Positions 47,372 through 57,316 of a stretch of DNA of 64,000 nt are shown here, in pieces (position 1 is the first letter of the stretch; each line of letters starts with the position of its first letter). Location: assembly GCA_963664545.2 (NCBI GenBank), contig OY761475.2:3679608-3743607 (forward strand), given 5' to 3'. The position numbers were made by a program, and so were the translations under genes. The notes beneath the pieces were generated by a model, which saw nothing but the letters and a program-made list of their open reading frames with translations, was not told where the DNA came from and searched no databases. Origin of the DNA: Vicinamibacterales bacterium (GTDB taxonomy: Bacteria > Acidobacteriota > Vicinamibacteria > Vicinamibacterales > UBA8438).

Positions 47372-47395
47372 AATTGCGGATTTTACACAACGCGG

Positions 47396-48670
47396 TCATC
47401 CCGCCCGGATGACGCTCATCAGCTCGGGCAGGGTCGGCCGCTTGCCGTGCATCAGCAGGGCGTAGCGGAAGATCTTCGCGGCCAGCCACCCGGCGGCGAC
47501 GATGCCCAGCGCGAGCAGGACGATGCCCAGCCAGATTTCCCAGAAGGGCGGCGTGAGCACGTTGACGCGGGCGAGCATGACGAGGGGGGTGAAGGGCGGC
47601 AGCAGGCTCAGCACCCGGGTCGCGGTGGTGCCGGGGTTGGCGATGACGTAGAAGGTCGACATCAGCGCGACGACCATCGGCAGGACCGCCGCGAACATCG
47701 TCTGGCCGAGCTCCTCGGTGCTCGTGCACGTGGCGGCGATGGCCGCGAAGAAGACCGAGTAGAGGAAGTAGCCGAGGGCGAAGAAGATCGAGAAGTAGAC
47801 GATCAGCTCCAGGCTCAGGACGGCGCCGAGGTCGAAGTCGGCCAGCTCGGGGCCCAGGGCGAGCATCGGCGCCGCGTAGAGCAGCCCGACCAGCAGCGCG
47901 CCGACCCAGATGCCGAGCTGGGTCAGGCCCGATCCGAGCACACCCAGAATCTTCCCGGCCATGAACTCGGTGGCGGTCACCGCCCCCAGGATGACCTCGA
48001 TGAGGCGCGACGACTTCTCCTCGACGATGGCCATGGCCATGCCCTGGCCGTTGATGAGCACGGCCATGTACAGCAGCATCGCGAGGGCGAACGTGCTGAA
48101 GAACGCGGCCTCGAAGCCGCCCTCGGTCTCGCCCTCGTCCGACACCGTCACCGCGTCGAGATCGAAGCGCTGCCAGGCGCGGACGCGCTCGGTGTCGACG
48201 CCGGTGCCGGCGACGAGGCGGTCGAGCAGGGTGGCCTCGATGGCCCGCTCGAGGTCGCGCAACACCACCGGGTTGCCGGTTTCGCGCGCGTAGTAGCGGC
48301 TGCGCGCCCCGATCACGGGGTCGGGTGTGAGCACCAGGTACCCGTCGAGGCGGCCGGCGAGGATGTCGTCCGTATAGGGCCGGCGCACGGCCTCCGAGTC
48401 GTCCGGCACCGCGGCCTGCTCGGCGACCTCGACCCTCGGCCGCTCGATGGCCGCGAGGTGCCCGCCGAGGGCGGGCGCGAGGCCGGTCCCGGCGTCGAGC
48501 ACCGCGATGCGCAGCTCGTCGGTCCCCGACGACGTGAACAGCAGCGGCATGACGAAGATGTAGCCGCCCATGAGGAGCGGGATCAGCACCGTCATGATGA
48601 TGAAGGCCTTGCTGCGCACGCGCGTCAGGTACTCGCGGCGCGCGACCTTGACGATCTGGCTCGGGTTCAC
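47396..48670 (-). CDS. ABC-2-type transporter permease
   Basis: GTG 48670 overlaps the ATPase TGA (GTGA). An N-terminal TM helix is followed by a large extracytoplasmic loop and then five C-terminal TM helices. Contains EEKSSRLIEVILGAV. Confidence 0.8.
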   Translation of the reverse strand: MNPSQIVKVARREYLTRVRSKAFIIMTVLIPLLMGGYIFVMPLLFTSSGTDELRIAVLDAGTGLAPALGGHLAAIERPRVEVAEQAAVPDDSEAVRRPYTDDILAGRLDGYLVLTPDPVIGARSRYYARETGNPVVLRDLERAIEATLLDRLVAGTGVDTERVRAWQRFDLDAVTVSDEGETEGGFEAAFFSTFALAMLLYMAVLINGQGMAMAIVEEKSSRLIEVILGAVTATEFMAGKILGVLGSGLTQLGIWVGALLVGLLYAAPMLALGPELADFDLGAVLSLELIVYFSIFFALGYFLYSVFFAAIAATCTSTEELGQTMFAAVLPMVVALMSTFYVIANPGTTATRVLSLLPPFTPLVMLARVNVLTPPFWEIWLGIVLLALGIVAAGWLAAKIFRYALLMHGKRPTLPELMSVIRAG

Positions 48671-49599
48671 GATGCGTCCTCCGCGGCCGGCGACGGCGAC
48701 GCCCCGACCCGTTCGAGATAGATGTCTTCGAGGCTCGGGTGCTCGAGGCGCACCGAGCGTATCGCCACCCGCTCCACCACCGCCCGGATGACCGCCTGGG
48801 GGTCGGTTCCGGCGTCGAGCTCGAGCCGCGCCTCCTGCCCCGTGTCCTCGCCGCGGCGCACCCCCGGCAGCGCGGTCAGCGGCCCCGCGCCGTCGCCCTC
48901 GTACTCCACCGCCACCGTGTTCCGCCCGTAGCCGGCCCGGATTTCCGCGACGACGCCGTCGAGGACCGGCCGGCCCCGGTGGATCAGGCAGATCGACTCG
49001 CACAGGGCCTCGACCTGCTCCATCAGGTGGGTCGAGAGGACCACCGTCGCGCCGCGCTCGCGCTGCTCGAGGATGAGGTCCTTCAGGAGGCGGGTGTTGA
49101 TGGGGTCGAGCCCGGTGAAGGGCTCGTCGAGGACGATGAGGTCGGGCTCGTGGATGACCGCGGCGGCGAACTGCACCTTCTGCTGCATGCCCTTCGAGAG
49201 GTCGCCGGTGTCGGACCCGGCCTTGTCGGCGAGGCCGACGCGGTCGAGCCACGCGTGCGCGCGCCGGGCCGCCTCGGCCTGGTCGAGCCCGCGGATGGCG
49301 GCGAGGAAGGTCAACTGCTCGGCCACCTTCATCTTGGCGTAGAGGCCGCGCTCCTCCGGCAGGTAGCCGACCCGGTGCCGCACCGCCAGGGGGTCGCGCG
49401 AGCCGAGCAGCTCGACGTGCCCGCCGTCCGGCACGTAGAGGCCGAGGCCGGTACGGATGGTGGAGGTCTTGCCCGATCCGTTGGGCCCCAGCAGCCCGAA
49501 GATCGCGCCGGCGGGCACGGTCAGGTTGAGGCCGTCGACGGCCGTGGTTCCCGCGAACGTCTTGACCAGGTCCTCGCAACGCAGGGCGGCGGTCGGCAT
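48667..49599 (-). CDS. ABC transporter ATP-binding protein
   Basis: ATG 49599 (RBS GAGGTG). Walker A GPNGSGKTS, signature LSKGMQQK, Walker B LIVLDEPFTGLD. Confidence 0.9.
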   Translation of the reverse strand: MPTAALRCEDLVKTFAGTTAVDGLNLTVPAGAIFGLLGPNGSGKTSTIRTGLGLYVPDGGHVELLGSRDPLAVRHRVGYLPEERGLYAKMKVAEQLTFLAAIRGLDQAEAARRAHAWLDRVGLADKAGSDTGDLSKGMQQKVQFAAAVIHEPDLIVLDEPFTGLDPINTRLLKDLILEQRERGATVVLSTHLMEQVEALCESICLIHRGRPVLDGVVAEIRAGYGRNTVAVEYEGDGAGPLTALPGVRRGEDTGQEARLELDAGTDPQAVIRAVVERVAIRSVRLEHPSLEDIYLERVGASPSPAAEDAS

Positions 49600-49743
49600 C
49601 GTCACCTCGATTCGGGGATGCGGACGGCGGCGGCCGGGCCGGGGTCGTCCGGCCGAGCCCGTCGTCCGCGGTCCGCAGGGTACTACGACGCTGCCGGTGG
49701 TACATTCGTTCCGCCGTTCCGCGGCGGACGCACCCGCTCGACG

Positions 49744-50592
49744 ATGAACCTCTACGCCCTGGGCGACCTGCATCTCGGCCACCGCGCCAACCGCGAGGCG
49801 CTGGCCGACTGGCGGGCCCGGCCCGATGACTGGCTGATTCTGGCCGGCGACGTCGCCGAGTCGATGGCCCTGATCGAGCTCGGCCTGCGGTTCGCCGTGG
49901 AGCGGTTCGCCAAGGTCTTCTGGGTGCCCGGGAACCACGAGTTGTGGAGCCACGGGGGGAACGGTCCCCGCGGCGTGGCCAAGTACGAGGCGGTGGTCGA
50001 GATGTGCCGCGGGCTCGGCGTGGTGACCCCGGAGGACCCCTACGTGGTCTGGCCCGGAGCGCCGCAGTGCGTCATCGCGCCGTTGTTCCTGCTGTACGAC
50101 TACACCTTCGGCCCCGATTCCGTGCCCCCGGAGGCGGCGGCGGCGTGGGCGGCGGAGGCGGGGACACGGTGCGCCGACGAGCGCTTCCTCGCCCCCGACC
50201 CGTACCCGTCGCGGGTCGCGTGGTGCCGCGCGCGCCTCGGCCAGACGATGCCGCGGCTGGCCGAGGCGGCGGCCCGGCATCCCCTCGTGCTCGTGAACCA
50301 CTACCCCCTGCGCCGCGACCTCGTGCGGCTGCCCCGCATCCCGCGGTTCCGCGTCTGGTGCGGCACCCGGCGCACCGAGTCGTGGCATGTGCGCTATCGC
50401 GCCAAGGTGGTCGTGGCCGGGCACCTGCACGTGCGGACCACCGACTGGATCGACGGGGTGCGGTTCGAGGAGGTGTCCCTCGGCTATCCGCGGCACTGGC
50501 GGCGCGACCGCGGCTTGGACGGCTATCTGCGCGAGATCCTGCCGGGGCCGTCGGCGGCCCGGTGGCTGGACGGGCCGGTGTATCACCGGTGA
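49744..50592 (+). CDS. Metallophosphoesterase (calcineurin-like)
   Basis: MNLYALGDLHLGH, ILAGDV, VPGNHELW and GHLH motifs. Confidence 0.8.
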   Translation: MNLYALGDLHLGHRANREALADWRARPDDWLILAGDVAESMALIELGLRFAVERFAKVFWVPGNHELWSHGGNGPRGVAKYEAVVEMCRGLGVVTPEDPYVVWPGAPQCVIAPLFLLYDYTFGPDSVPPEAAAAWAAEAGTRCADERFLAPDPYPSRVAWCRARLGQTMPRLAEAAARHPLVLVNHYPLRRDLVRLPRIPRFRVWCGTRRTESWHVRYRAKVVVAGHLHVRTTDWIDGVRFEEVSLGYPRHWRRDRGLDGYLREILPGPSAARWLDGPVYHR

Positions 50593-50730
50593 GGAGCGAG
50601 GGGCAGCGAAAGTCGGCGCGGCCGTGCCCGGAGCCGTGGGATGGGTCGCCCCCTTCCTCATGACGACGAACCGTTCGTCGGCGGTGGACAGTGGTCGGGA
50701 GGAGGACGCAGGCAGCGCGCGGAAGGGGCA

Positions 50731-51552
50731 ATGAAGGGGAACAGCGCGGGCGTCGGGTACGGCGGTGCGGGCAGGGACGGGGACCCGGGCGCGGCCTGGG
50801 GAACCGTCGCCACGGTTCCGCTGGCGGCCGATCAGGCGCACCTGTGGCTCGCGCGCCCCGCCGCGTTCGCCGGTCCCGCGCAGCTCGCGCGATGCCGCGC
50901 GCTACTGACCGGCGATGAGCGCGCGCGAGCCGACCGCCACCGCTTCCCGCAAGATCGGCGCACCAGCCTCGTGACCCGAGCCTTGGTGCGGGTCACGCTG
51001 TCGCGGTACTGCGAGGTGCCGCCGGGGCGGTGGCGGTTCCGCACCAACGACCACGGCCGGCCCGAGATCGCCTCGCCGGCCACGCCACTCCGGTTCAACC
51101 TGTCGCATACGGCTGGTCTCGTCGTCTGCCTCGTCAGCCGGGGACGCGAACTCGGGGTGGATACGGAGCACCTGCGCCAGGATCGGCGCTGGCTCGACCT
51201 TGCGGACCGTTTCTTCGCCCCGGCCGAGGCGCGCGCGCTGCGCGAGGTGCCGCCGCCGGCCCGGCCGCGGCGGTTTCTTGAGTACTGGACGCTGAAGGAG
51301 GCCTACGTCAAGGCCCGCGGGCGCGGCCTGACCCTCCCGCTGTCGGGGTTCCGGTTCGATCTGCCGGCCCCGCCGCCCGCCGGTATCCGCGTCCGCTTCA
51401 CCCCGGCCGTGGACGACGACCCGGCCCGGTGGCAGTTCACGCTGCAGAGCCTTGAGACGGGCCACCTCGTGGCGACGGCGATCGACCGGACCGGCGTCGC
51501 GCGGGTTCGAATCGCCCACTACGAGGCCGGGACGCTGTGCGGCGGGGGGTGA
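50731..51552 (+). CDS. 4'-phosphopantetheinyl transferase (Sfp type)
   Basis: FNLSHTAGLVVCLV, GVDTEHL and YWTLKEAYVKARG. The start at MKGNSAG is uncertain (the track ORF begins at 50641). Confidence 0.8.
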   Translation: MKGNSAGVGYGGAGRDGDPGAAWGTVATVPLAADQAHLWLARPAAFAGPAQLARCRALLTGDERARADRHRFPQDRRTSLVTRALVRVTLSRYCEVPPGRWRFRTNDHGRPEIASPATPLRFNLSHTAGLVVCLVSRGRELGVDTEHLRQDRRWLDLADRFFAPAEARALREVPPPARPRRFLEYWTLKEAYVKARGRGLTLPLSGFRFDLPAPPPAGIRVRFTPAVDDDPARWQFTLQSLETGHLVATAIDRTGVARVRIAHYEAGTLCGGG

Positions 51553-51576
51553 GCTTGTTCCGCGTCGGCGGGTCGA

Positions 51577-52692
51577 TCACGGGGAGACGCGCAGGAACTT
51601 CTGGAGGCGCCGGCCCTCCTGCTCGGCGATGTAGACGTGTCCGTTCGAGTCGACCCCGATGCCGTGGGGCAGCGTGAACTGGCCGCGGTACCGCCCCGGG
51701 CCGCCGCCGAAGCTGGAGACGACCTCGCCGCTCCGGCGGTCGAGCACGTCGACCATGACCCGGTTCTGGTTCAGGACGTACAGCCAGCGCTGCTCGGGGT
51801 CGGGCGAGAAAGCGACGACCACCGCCGTCCCCCGCGTGCCGCTGGGGCGTCCCTCCGAGGGCGTGAGCGGTTCCCAGGGCACGTCGATGTTGCGGATGAA
51901 CGTCCCCTCGCGGTCGAACACCTGAATGCGGTCGGCCTCGCGGTCGCAGACGTAGACGAGGCCGTCGCCGGACACCCGCAGGCAGTGGGGCACCGGGGTG
52001 ACGTTCTGCTCGTCGTCGGCGCGGTGCAGCTTCCACTGGCGCAGGAACTCACCGTCGGGCGACAGCACCGCGATGCGCTGGTTGCCGCCCGGCAGCTCGC
52101 CGTCCGCGACGTAGATCTCGCCGGTCTCTGCGTCGACGTCGATGGCGGCGGGCAGGAAGAACTGCGCGCGGTTCGAGTTCAGGGGCGTTCCGTCGCGCGT
52201 CCCGTCCGACGAGTCGTAGCGCCCCGCCTCGCCGATGCGGAGCAGCAGCTCGCCGTTGCGCGAGTACTTCTGCACGACGCCGGTGCCGGCCGCGATGATC
52301 CACAGGTTGCCGTCGGCGTCGGCGTGGCAGTCGTGGAGCCGGCCGCCCAGGGCCTCGGGGTCTCCCCACGCGCCGACGACGTTGCCGTCGGGGTCGAACT
52401 CGACGATGGGCGGGGCCAGCGTCGCACCGTCGAGGTCCTCGGGGACGACGTTCTGCCGGTTGAGGACGAAGACGTGGTCGCGGCCGTCCACGCACATGCC
52501 GCCGAGACCGCCCGTGAGCATGCGATCGGCCAGAGGCACCTTGGGCCAGACGGGGTCGAGTTCGTGCTGCGGAACTTCCTGTGCGCCCGCGGGTGGGGCG
52601 AGACAGAGCGCGGACACGACCCACGGTGCCGCCGCGCGCAGGATGCGGCGTCCCGCCGTCGACTCTCTCCGGTGTGGCCTGCTCTGTCGCAT
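51577..52692 (-). CDS. Secreted NHL-repeat beta-propeller protein
   Basis: ATG 52692 (RBS GGGGAG). Signal peptide, then repeated blades (DGRDHVFVLN, DADGNLWIIA, ETGEIYVADG, GDGLVYVCD, SNGHVYIAEQ). Confidence 0.7.
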   Translation of the reverse strand: MRQSRPHRRESTAGRRILRAAAPWVVSALCLAPPAGAQEVPQHELDPVWPKVPLADRMLTGGLGGMCVDGRDHVFVLNRQNVVPEDLDGATLAPPIVEFDPDGNVVGAWGDPEALGGRLHDCHADADGNLWIIAAGTGVVQKYSRNGELLLRIGEAGRYDSSDGTRDGTPLNSNRAQFFLPAAIDVDAETGEIYVADGELPGGNQRIAVLSPDGEFLRQWKLHRADDEQNVTPVPHCLRVSGDGLVYVCDREADRIQVFDREGTFIRNIDVPWEPLTPSEGRPSGTRGTAVVVAFSPDPEQRWLYVLNQNRVMVDVLDRRSGEVVSSFGGGPGRYRGQFTLPHGIGVDSNGHVYIAEQEGRRLQKFLRVSP

Positions 52693-52971
52693 TGTTGACT
52701 CCCCAGCCCGGTGTCGGCGCCTTCCGGCTCCGATGTCCACGCGGCGAACCTGCGCCGGCGGGTACCGTTGCGTGGCGCCGACTCCCCGCCCTTCCGGCTC
52801 CGTTATCCGCCCCACGACGGTGCGTGGGCGGGCACCGTTCCGCGGTGCCGACTCCCGGCCCTGAATGGTGAAGTCGCCGCTGTTCGCCCGACCGCTTCGA
52901 CCGGCCCGGAGACCGCGGCCAGCCGCCGGCCCGACCGCGTGTGACCCCGCGGCGCTCGTCCGCGCGGACCG

Positions 52972-53358
52972 CTACGCTGCCATTTGCGCCAGCAGCAGTT
53001 CGCCGACCCGGCCGGCGACGAGGGCCGTGACCCCGAAGAACATGCCGGCGAGCAGCAGGATGGCAAGCGCCCGGCTGAACGTCACCGAGAACAGGTTGCT
53101 GACGTAGGAGATGACGGTGATCGCCATCCACGCCGGCAGGAACAGGAAGATCCACGACCCGTGGTCGATGACCGCGACGGTCGTGAGGACGACGAAGAGG
53201 CTCAGGATGAGCACGCCCATGGCGTTCGTGAAAGCGTGCCGGAACGTCACGTGCCCGGCCTCCATCGCGGTGCAGGCGAAGTAGAGCGTCGAGCCGTAGA
53301 CGAGCTGGGCCACCGCGGTGGCCACGAACAGGCTCAACGTCATGAGAACAGGGGTCAT
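52972..53358 (-). CDS. Small integral membrane protein (four predicted TM helices)
   Basis: ATG 53358 follows GGAGGAG. The product is hydrophobic throughout. Confidence 0.55.
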   Translation of the reverse strand: MTPVLMTLSLFVATAVAQLVYGSTLYFACTAMEAGHVTFRHAFTNAMGVLILSLFVVLTTVAVIDHGSWIFLFLPAWMAITVISYVSNLFSVTFSRALAILLLAGMFFGVTALVAGRVGELLLAQMAA

Positions 53359-53496
53359 GGGACTCCTCCAGCCCGGAATCGGTCGCGGCGGCGCTCCCCG
53401 CAGGGAACGGAGCGGCAACCTTACCACACGCGGCCCGTACGCGGCCGTCGGGGCCGGTCGGGCGTTGCTGGCGAGAGCGGAGGCCGGGGGCGAACG

Positions 53497-55065
53497 TCAG
53501 GGGCGGGCGGCGGGCTCCCCCGCGCGCCACGACCGCAGCGCGGCGGCGATCGCGCGGCGCGCCGCCGCGGACCCCCGGTGGTGGTTGACGAAGTAGCAGA
53601 AGACGACGGGGGCGTCCGAATCGGGGTCGAGGATGCCGGCGAGGGCGGCGGTGTGGCGCAGGGTCCCGGTCTTGGCCGCGAGCGGCGGCAGGGGCGGCCA
53701 CGCGGCGAGGGTGCCGCGCCCCGGCGTCGGCAGCGCCCCGATCAGCCTCCCGCCCCACGGCTGGCCGGCCGCGTGGGCGAGCACCCGGACGACGGCCGTC
53801 GGTGTCACCAGGTTGGCGGCGGACAGTCCCGATCCGTCGCGCAGGGACACCGCGTCCCGGCCTCCGGCGGGGACGTCGGCGAGCGTGGACGCGAAGTCGA
53901 CGACGACGTCCACGCCGTCGTCGAACCGGCCGGTGCCGGCCACTTCCAGCCCGAGGGTGAGGGCCAGGGTGTCCGCATACCGGTTGTGGCTGTTCGTCAG
54001 GATGCGGTCGAGCAGGTCGTCCAGCGGGGGAGAGGCCAACTCCGCGAGCACGGCGGCAGAGCCGGCCGCCGCCCCCGCCCGCTGCAGGCGCACCCCGCCG
54101 TCGACCGTCACCCCCGCCTCGTCGAGGGCCGCCCGCAGCTTGCGGGCGGCGCGGAGCATCGGCGCGGGGTCGCTCGCGGGCACCGTGAACGCCGGCTCGC
54201 TCAGGGGGTACTCGCCGCGGAGGAGCAGCCTGTCGGTGCCCCACACCGGGAGGAAGTCGAGGGTGCCGGCCCCGTGGCGGTCGCGGCCAGCGGTGACCGT
54301 CAGGTTGATCACGGTCACGCCGTCGGGCGCCTCGACGCGGGCGGGCGCCCCGATCGACGCCCCCGGCGCCACCCGCACCGTGATCGTCGCGTCGTCGACG
54401 GCGAGGGCCGCGGGCGGGGTCCCGTAACGGTACGGCAGGTCGCCGAAGCTGCGGTCGAGGGGGTGCGGGCGGCCCGGGAACCGGCCCGCGTCGACCACGA
54501 GGTCGCCGCGGACGCGGACGATGCCGCGCGCGCGCACCTGGGCGGCCAGCGCCGCCAGCGGTTCGGCCGCTCCGCGGGGGAACCGGTCCCGGCTCCAGGT
54601 CGGGTCGCCGCCCGGCTCGATGACGAGGTCGCCGTCGAGGACCTCCCCGGCGATCGCCGCCGGCGACGTCAGGCGCGTGCGCCAGCGGTAGTCGGCGCCG
54701 AGGTGCTCCAGCGCCGCCGCCACCGTCACCACCTTGAGCACCGACGCGGGCACGAAGAAGCGGCCGGCGTTAAGCGCGTCGATCACCTCCAGCCCGCCGT
54801 CGCCGGTCATCCGCGCCGCGAGGTAGCCGTGGTGCGCGCCGTCGCCGGTGACCGCCGGCTGCGCCGGCGCGCCGCGGGCGGCCGCCAAGACTAGGCAGAC
54901 GGCGGCCAACCCCGCGAGGAGCCGGTGCCGCGGCGCGGTTCCGCGTGTCGGGCCGCTTCTGGCCGGGTACCCGATGGAGCTCGGAGCGGGGAGCCGGCGG
55001 CCCCGGGCGGCTTCGAGGCCCGCGCCGAGCGCGTTGAGGGTGCGGAGCGCTATGATGTCAGGCAT
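53497..55065 (-). CDS. dacB: D-alanyl-D-alanine carboxypeptidase/endopeptidase (PBP4, peptidase S13)
   Basis: SxxK (PASVLKV), SxN (NSHNRYAD) and KTG (AKTGTL) motifs in the PBP4 order. Confidence 0.8.
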   Translation of the reverse strand: MPDIIALRTLNALGAGLEAARGRRLPAPSSIGYPARSGPTRGTAPRHRLLAGLAAVCLVLAAARGAPAQPAVTGDGAHHGYLAARMTGDGGLEVIDALNAGRFFVPASVLKVVTVAAALEHLGADYRWRTRLTSPAAIAGEVLDGDLVIEPGGDPTWSRDRFPRGAAEPLAALAAQVRARGIVRVRGDLVVDAGRFPGRPHPLDRSFGDLPYRYGTPPAALAVDDATITVRVAPGASIGAPARVEAPDGVTVINLTVTAGRDRHGAGTLDFLPVWGTDRLLLRGEYPLSEPAFTVPASDPAPMLRAARKLRAALDEAGVTVDGGVRLQRAGAAAGSAAVLAELASPPLDDLLDRILTNSHNRYADTLALTLGLEVAGTGRFDDGVDVVVDFASTLADVPAGGRDAVSLRDGSGLSAANLVTPTAVVRVLAHAAGQPWGGRLIGALPTPGRGTLAAWPPLPPLAAKTGTLRHTAALAGILDPDSDAPVVFCYFVNHHRGSAAARRAIAAALRSWRAGEPAARP

Positions 55066-55137
55066 AGTTTCGGTGGCCTACTGTGGTCGCGCGTCAAGGC
55101 GTCGAGCGCCGCCCGCCGCGCCGAACGGCTGGTCCAT

Positions 55138-55225
55138 GCCGAGGTGGCGAAACTGGCAGACGCACGAGACTTAAAATCTCGTGACCCTTCGGGTCGTGCG
55201 GGTTCGATTCCCGCCCTCGGCACCA
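55138..55225 (+). tRNA. tRNA-Leu (anticodon UAA), CCA encoded
   Basis: Manual cloverleaf. Acceptor stem GCCGAGG/CCTCGGC. 3-bp D stem GCG/CGC. Anticodon stem CGAGA/TCTCG with loop CTTAAAA. 16-nt variable arm with GACCC-TTCG-GGGTC. T arm GCGGG-TTCGATT-CCCGC. Discriminator A followed by CCA. Confidence 0.9.
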
Positions 55226-55376
55226 GTTCTCCGTTGCATCGCGTGCCTCTCGGCGGCCGGGGCATCCCCACGGAGTCCTTCAATACTATGCGACGTGGGT
55301 CATGCCGCGCCCCGGTCGGCGGGGGGGATCGGGCGGGTCCGGCCGGGTCGTCCCTCGAAGGAAGGAGCGTGACACC

Positions 55377-55961
55377 ATGCCGGAACCCCTGCGGATCCTC
55401 GCGTTCGCGGGCAGCACGCGGCGGGCCTCGTTCAACCGGACCCTCGTCCGCGTCGCCGCCGACGGCGCGCGCGCGGCGGGTGCCGCAGTCACCGAGATCG
55501 ACCTGCGCGACTACCGCCTGCCGGTCTTCGACCAAGACGACGAATCGGAGCACGGCAAGCCGCCGCCGGCCGGGGCGCTGAAGCGGCAGTTCATGGAACA
55601 CGACGCGTGGCTCGTCGCGGCGCCCGAGTACAACGGCTCGATCACCGGCGTACTCAAGAACAGCATCGACTGGGCGTCGCGCCCCGACCCCGGCGACGCG
55701 GGGCCGCTGGCGGCGTTCCGCGGCAAGCTGGTCGTGCTGATGAGCGCCTCGCCCGGCGCGCTGGGCGGGCTGCGGGGGCTCGTGCACGTGCGCGCGATCT
55801 TCGGCAACCTCGGCTGTGTGGTCCTGCCCGACCAGGTGGCGGTGCCGAAGGCGCGCGACGCGTTCGACGCCGACGGCCGGCTCGTCGATCCGCAACAACG
55901 GGAGCGGGTCGAGGGGCTCGGCCGAACCCTGGTCGCGCACGGTACGAAGCTGTTCCGGTGA
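55377..55961 (+). CDS. NAD(P)H-dependent FMN reductase
   Basis: ATG 55377 (RBS AAGGAG). Contains ILAFAGSTRRASFN and APEYNGSITGVLKNSIDWASR. Confidence 0.8.
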   Translation: MPEPLRILAFAGSTRRASFNRTLVRVAADGARAAGAAVTEIDLRDYRLPVFDQDDESEHGKPPPAGALKRQFMEHDAWLVAAPEYNGSITGVLKNSIDWASRPDPGDAGPLAAFRGKLVVLMSASPGALGGLRGLVHVRAIFGNLGCVVLPDQVAVPKARDAFDADGRLVDPQQRERVEGLGRTLVAHGTKLFR

Positions 55962-56293
55962 CCGGCGGGCGGTCGTCCGCCCGATCCGCCCGCCCGCGGC
56001 GTTCTCCCGCCCGCCACACCCTTGGTCGCGACGCCGCCCCGGTCCGCCCGCGCGCGGCGCTCTCTCTGGCCTCCGCCCCGCGCGCCGCCCGAGTCCGCCC
56101 GCGCGCGGTGTGCTCCGGCATCAGCAGACCGCAGGCCGTGTCGCCGGGGCCGGATCGCCCGCGCGCGGCGCGCTCACTTGCATTGACCCGCCCGTGTTCA
56201 CTACGATGGCGCGCCGGGCCGCGGGGAGCGGCGCGGGTCGGTCGCGGCCTGCGCGTCGCCGGCCGGCCCCGCGCGGTAGGAGACAGAATCTCG

Positions 56294-57206
56294 ATGGCCA
56301 CCAGGATTCGAGTCCGCAAGGGCGATACGGAAGTCGAGTACGAAGGCAGCGAGCAGTTCCTCAAGACCGAGCTCGCGAGTCTGCTCGAGGCCGCCTCGAC
56401 GTTCCCCGCGGGCTCTGGCAGCCGGGCCCGGCCAGCGGCCGGGGCCGCCGCGCCCGCCGGGGTTCCCTCGAGAAAGACCGCGGGCAGGAAGAGATCGGCG
56501 GCCACAAGTCCGCCCGGACGGACCGCCGTCGCGAAGACGCGCGCGGCTGCCGGGTCTGCCGGCCCCGCCGGCGGAAGCGCCTCCGGCGGTCCCGGTACGA
56601 CGCCCCGGCGGCTTCTCCCACGGCCGACATCGCCAGGCGGATCGGCTGCAAGCACGGGACGGATCTGGTGCTCGCGGCGGCGGCGCAACTGAATCTCGGG
56701 GCCGAAGGCAGCGAGCAGTTCCTCAAGACCGAGCTCGCTCTGCTCGAGGCCGCCTCGACGTTCCCCGCGGGCTCTGGCAGCCGGGCCCGGCCAGCGGCCG
56801 GGGCCGCCGCGCCCGCCGGGGTTCCCTCGAGAAAGACCGCGGGCAGGAAGAGATCGGCGGCCACAAGTCCGCCCGGACGGACCGCCGCGCGAGTACTACG
56901 AGCGCCCCGGCGGCTTCTCCCACGGCCGACATCGCCAGGCGGATCGGCTGCAAGCACGGGACGGATCTGGTGCTCGCGGCGGCGGCGCAACTGAATCTCG
57001 GGGCCGGGCAGAGGTCCTTCTCGCGGGCCGCGCTGCTCGGTGAAATGAAGACGGCGCGCGAGTACTACGAGCCGGTCTACGGCAAGAACCTGAGCCGGTA
57101 CCTCAGGAACCTGATCAAGGAGCGGCAGCTCAGCGAGCCGCGCCCCGGCAACTACGCCCTGACCGCGACCGCCCGCCGAGAGCTGGGGAAGATTCTCGCG
57201 GAGTAG
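56294..57206 (+). pseudogene. Disrupted or duplicated small gene: N-terminal domain, basic low-complexity linker, C-terminal wHTH-like domain
   Basis: MATRIRVRKGDTEVEYEGSEQFLKTELASLLEAASTF starts at 56294. The plausible C-terminal domain is ...SPTADIARRIGCKHGTDLVLAAAAQLNLGAGQRSFSRAALLGEMKTAREYYEPVYGKNLSRYLRNLIKERQL...ILAE*, ending at 57206. That C-terminal domain is two successive frame changes away, with one tandem duplication in between. Confidence 0.5.
56342..57005 (+). repeat. Tandem segmental duplication (362 bp plus 302 bp)
   Basis: Copy 1 is 56342-56703 and copy 2 is 56704-57005. Their ends are identical. Copy 2 lacks gag (3 nt). Its central ~75 nt are replaced by gcgcgagtactacgagc, which also occurs at 57056-57072. 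Confidence 0.9.
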
Positions 57207-57316
57207 CTCGACGGCGGAGGCTTCCGGGCCGCCTTCGGGAGCACGGGGGGTGCCGCGCGCCGCCGGCCCACCGTCGTCCGGGCGCGCCACCTTCGGGTCC
57301 CGGCCGTCCTACCTAC

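Noticed and set aside
55138-57300. Integrative element at tRNA-Leu.
   Set aside because: No integrase or recombinase lies downstream, and I found no repeat of the tRNA 3' end. The first downstream gene (FMN reductase) has ordinary composition. The scrambled duplication at 56.3-57.2 kb is reported separately.
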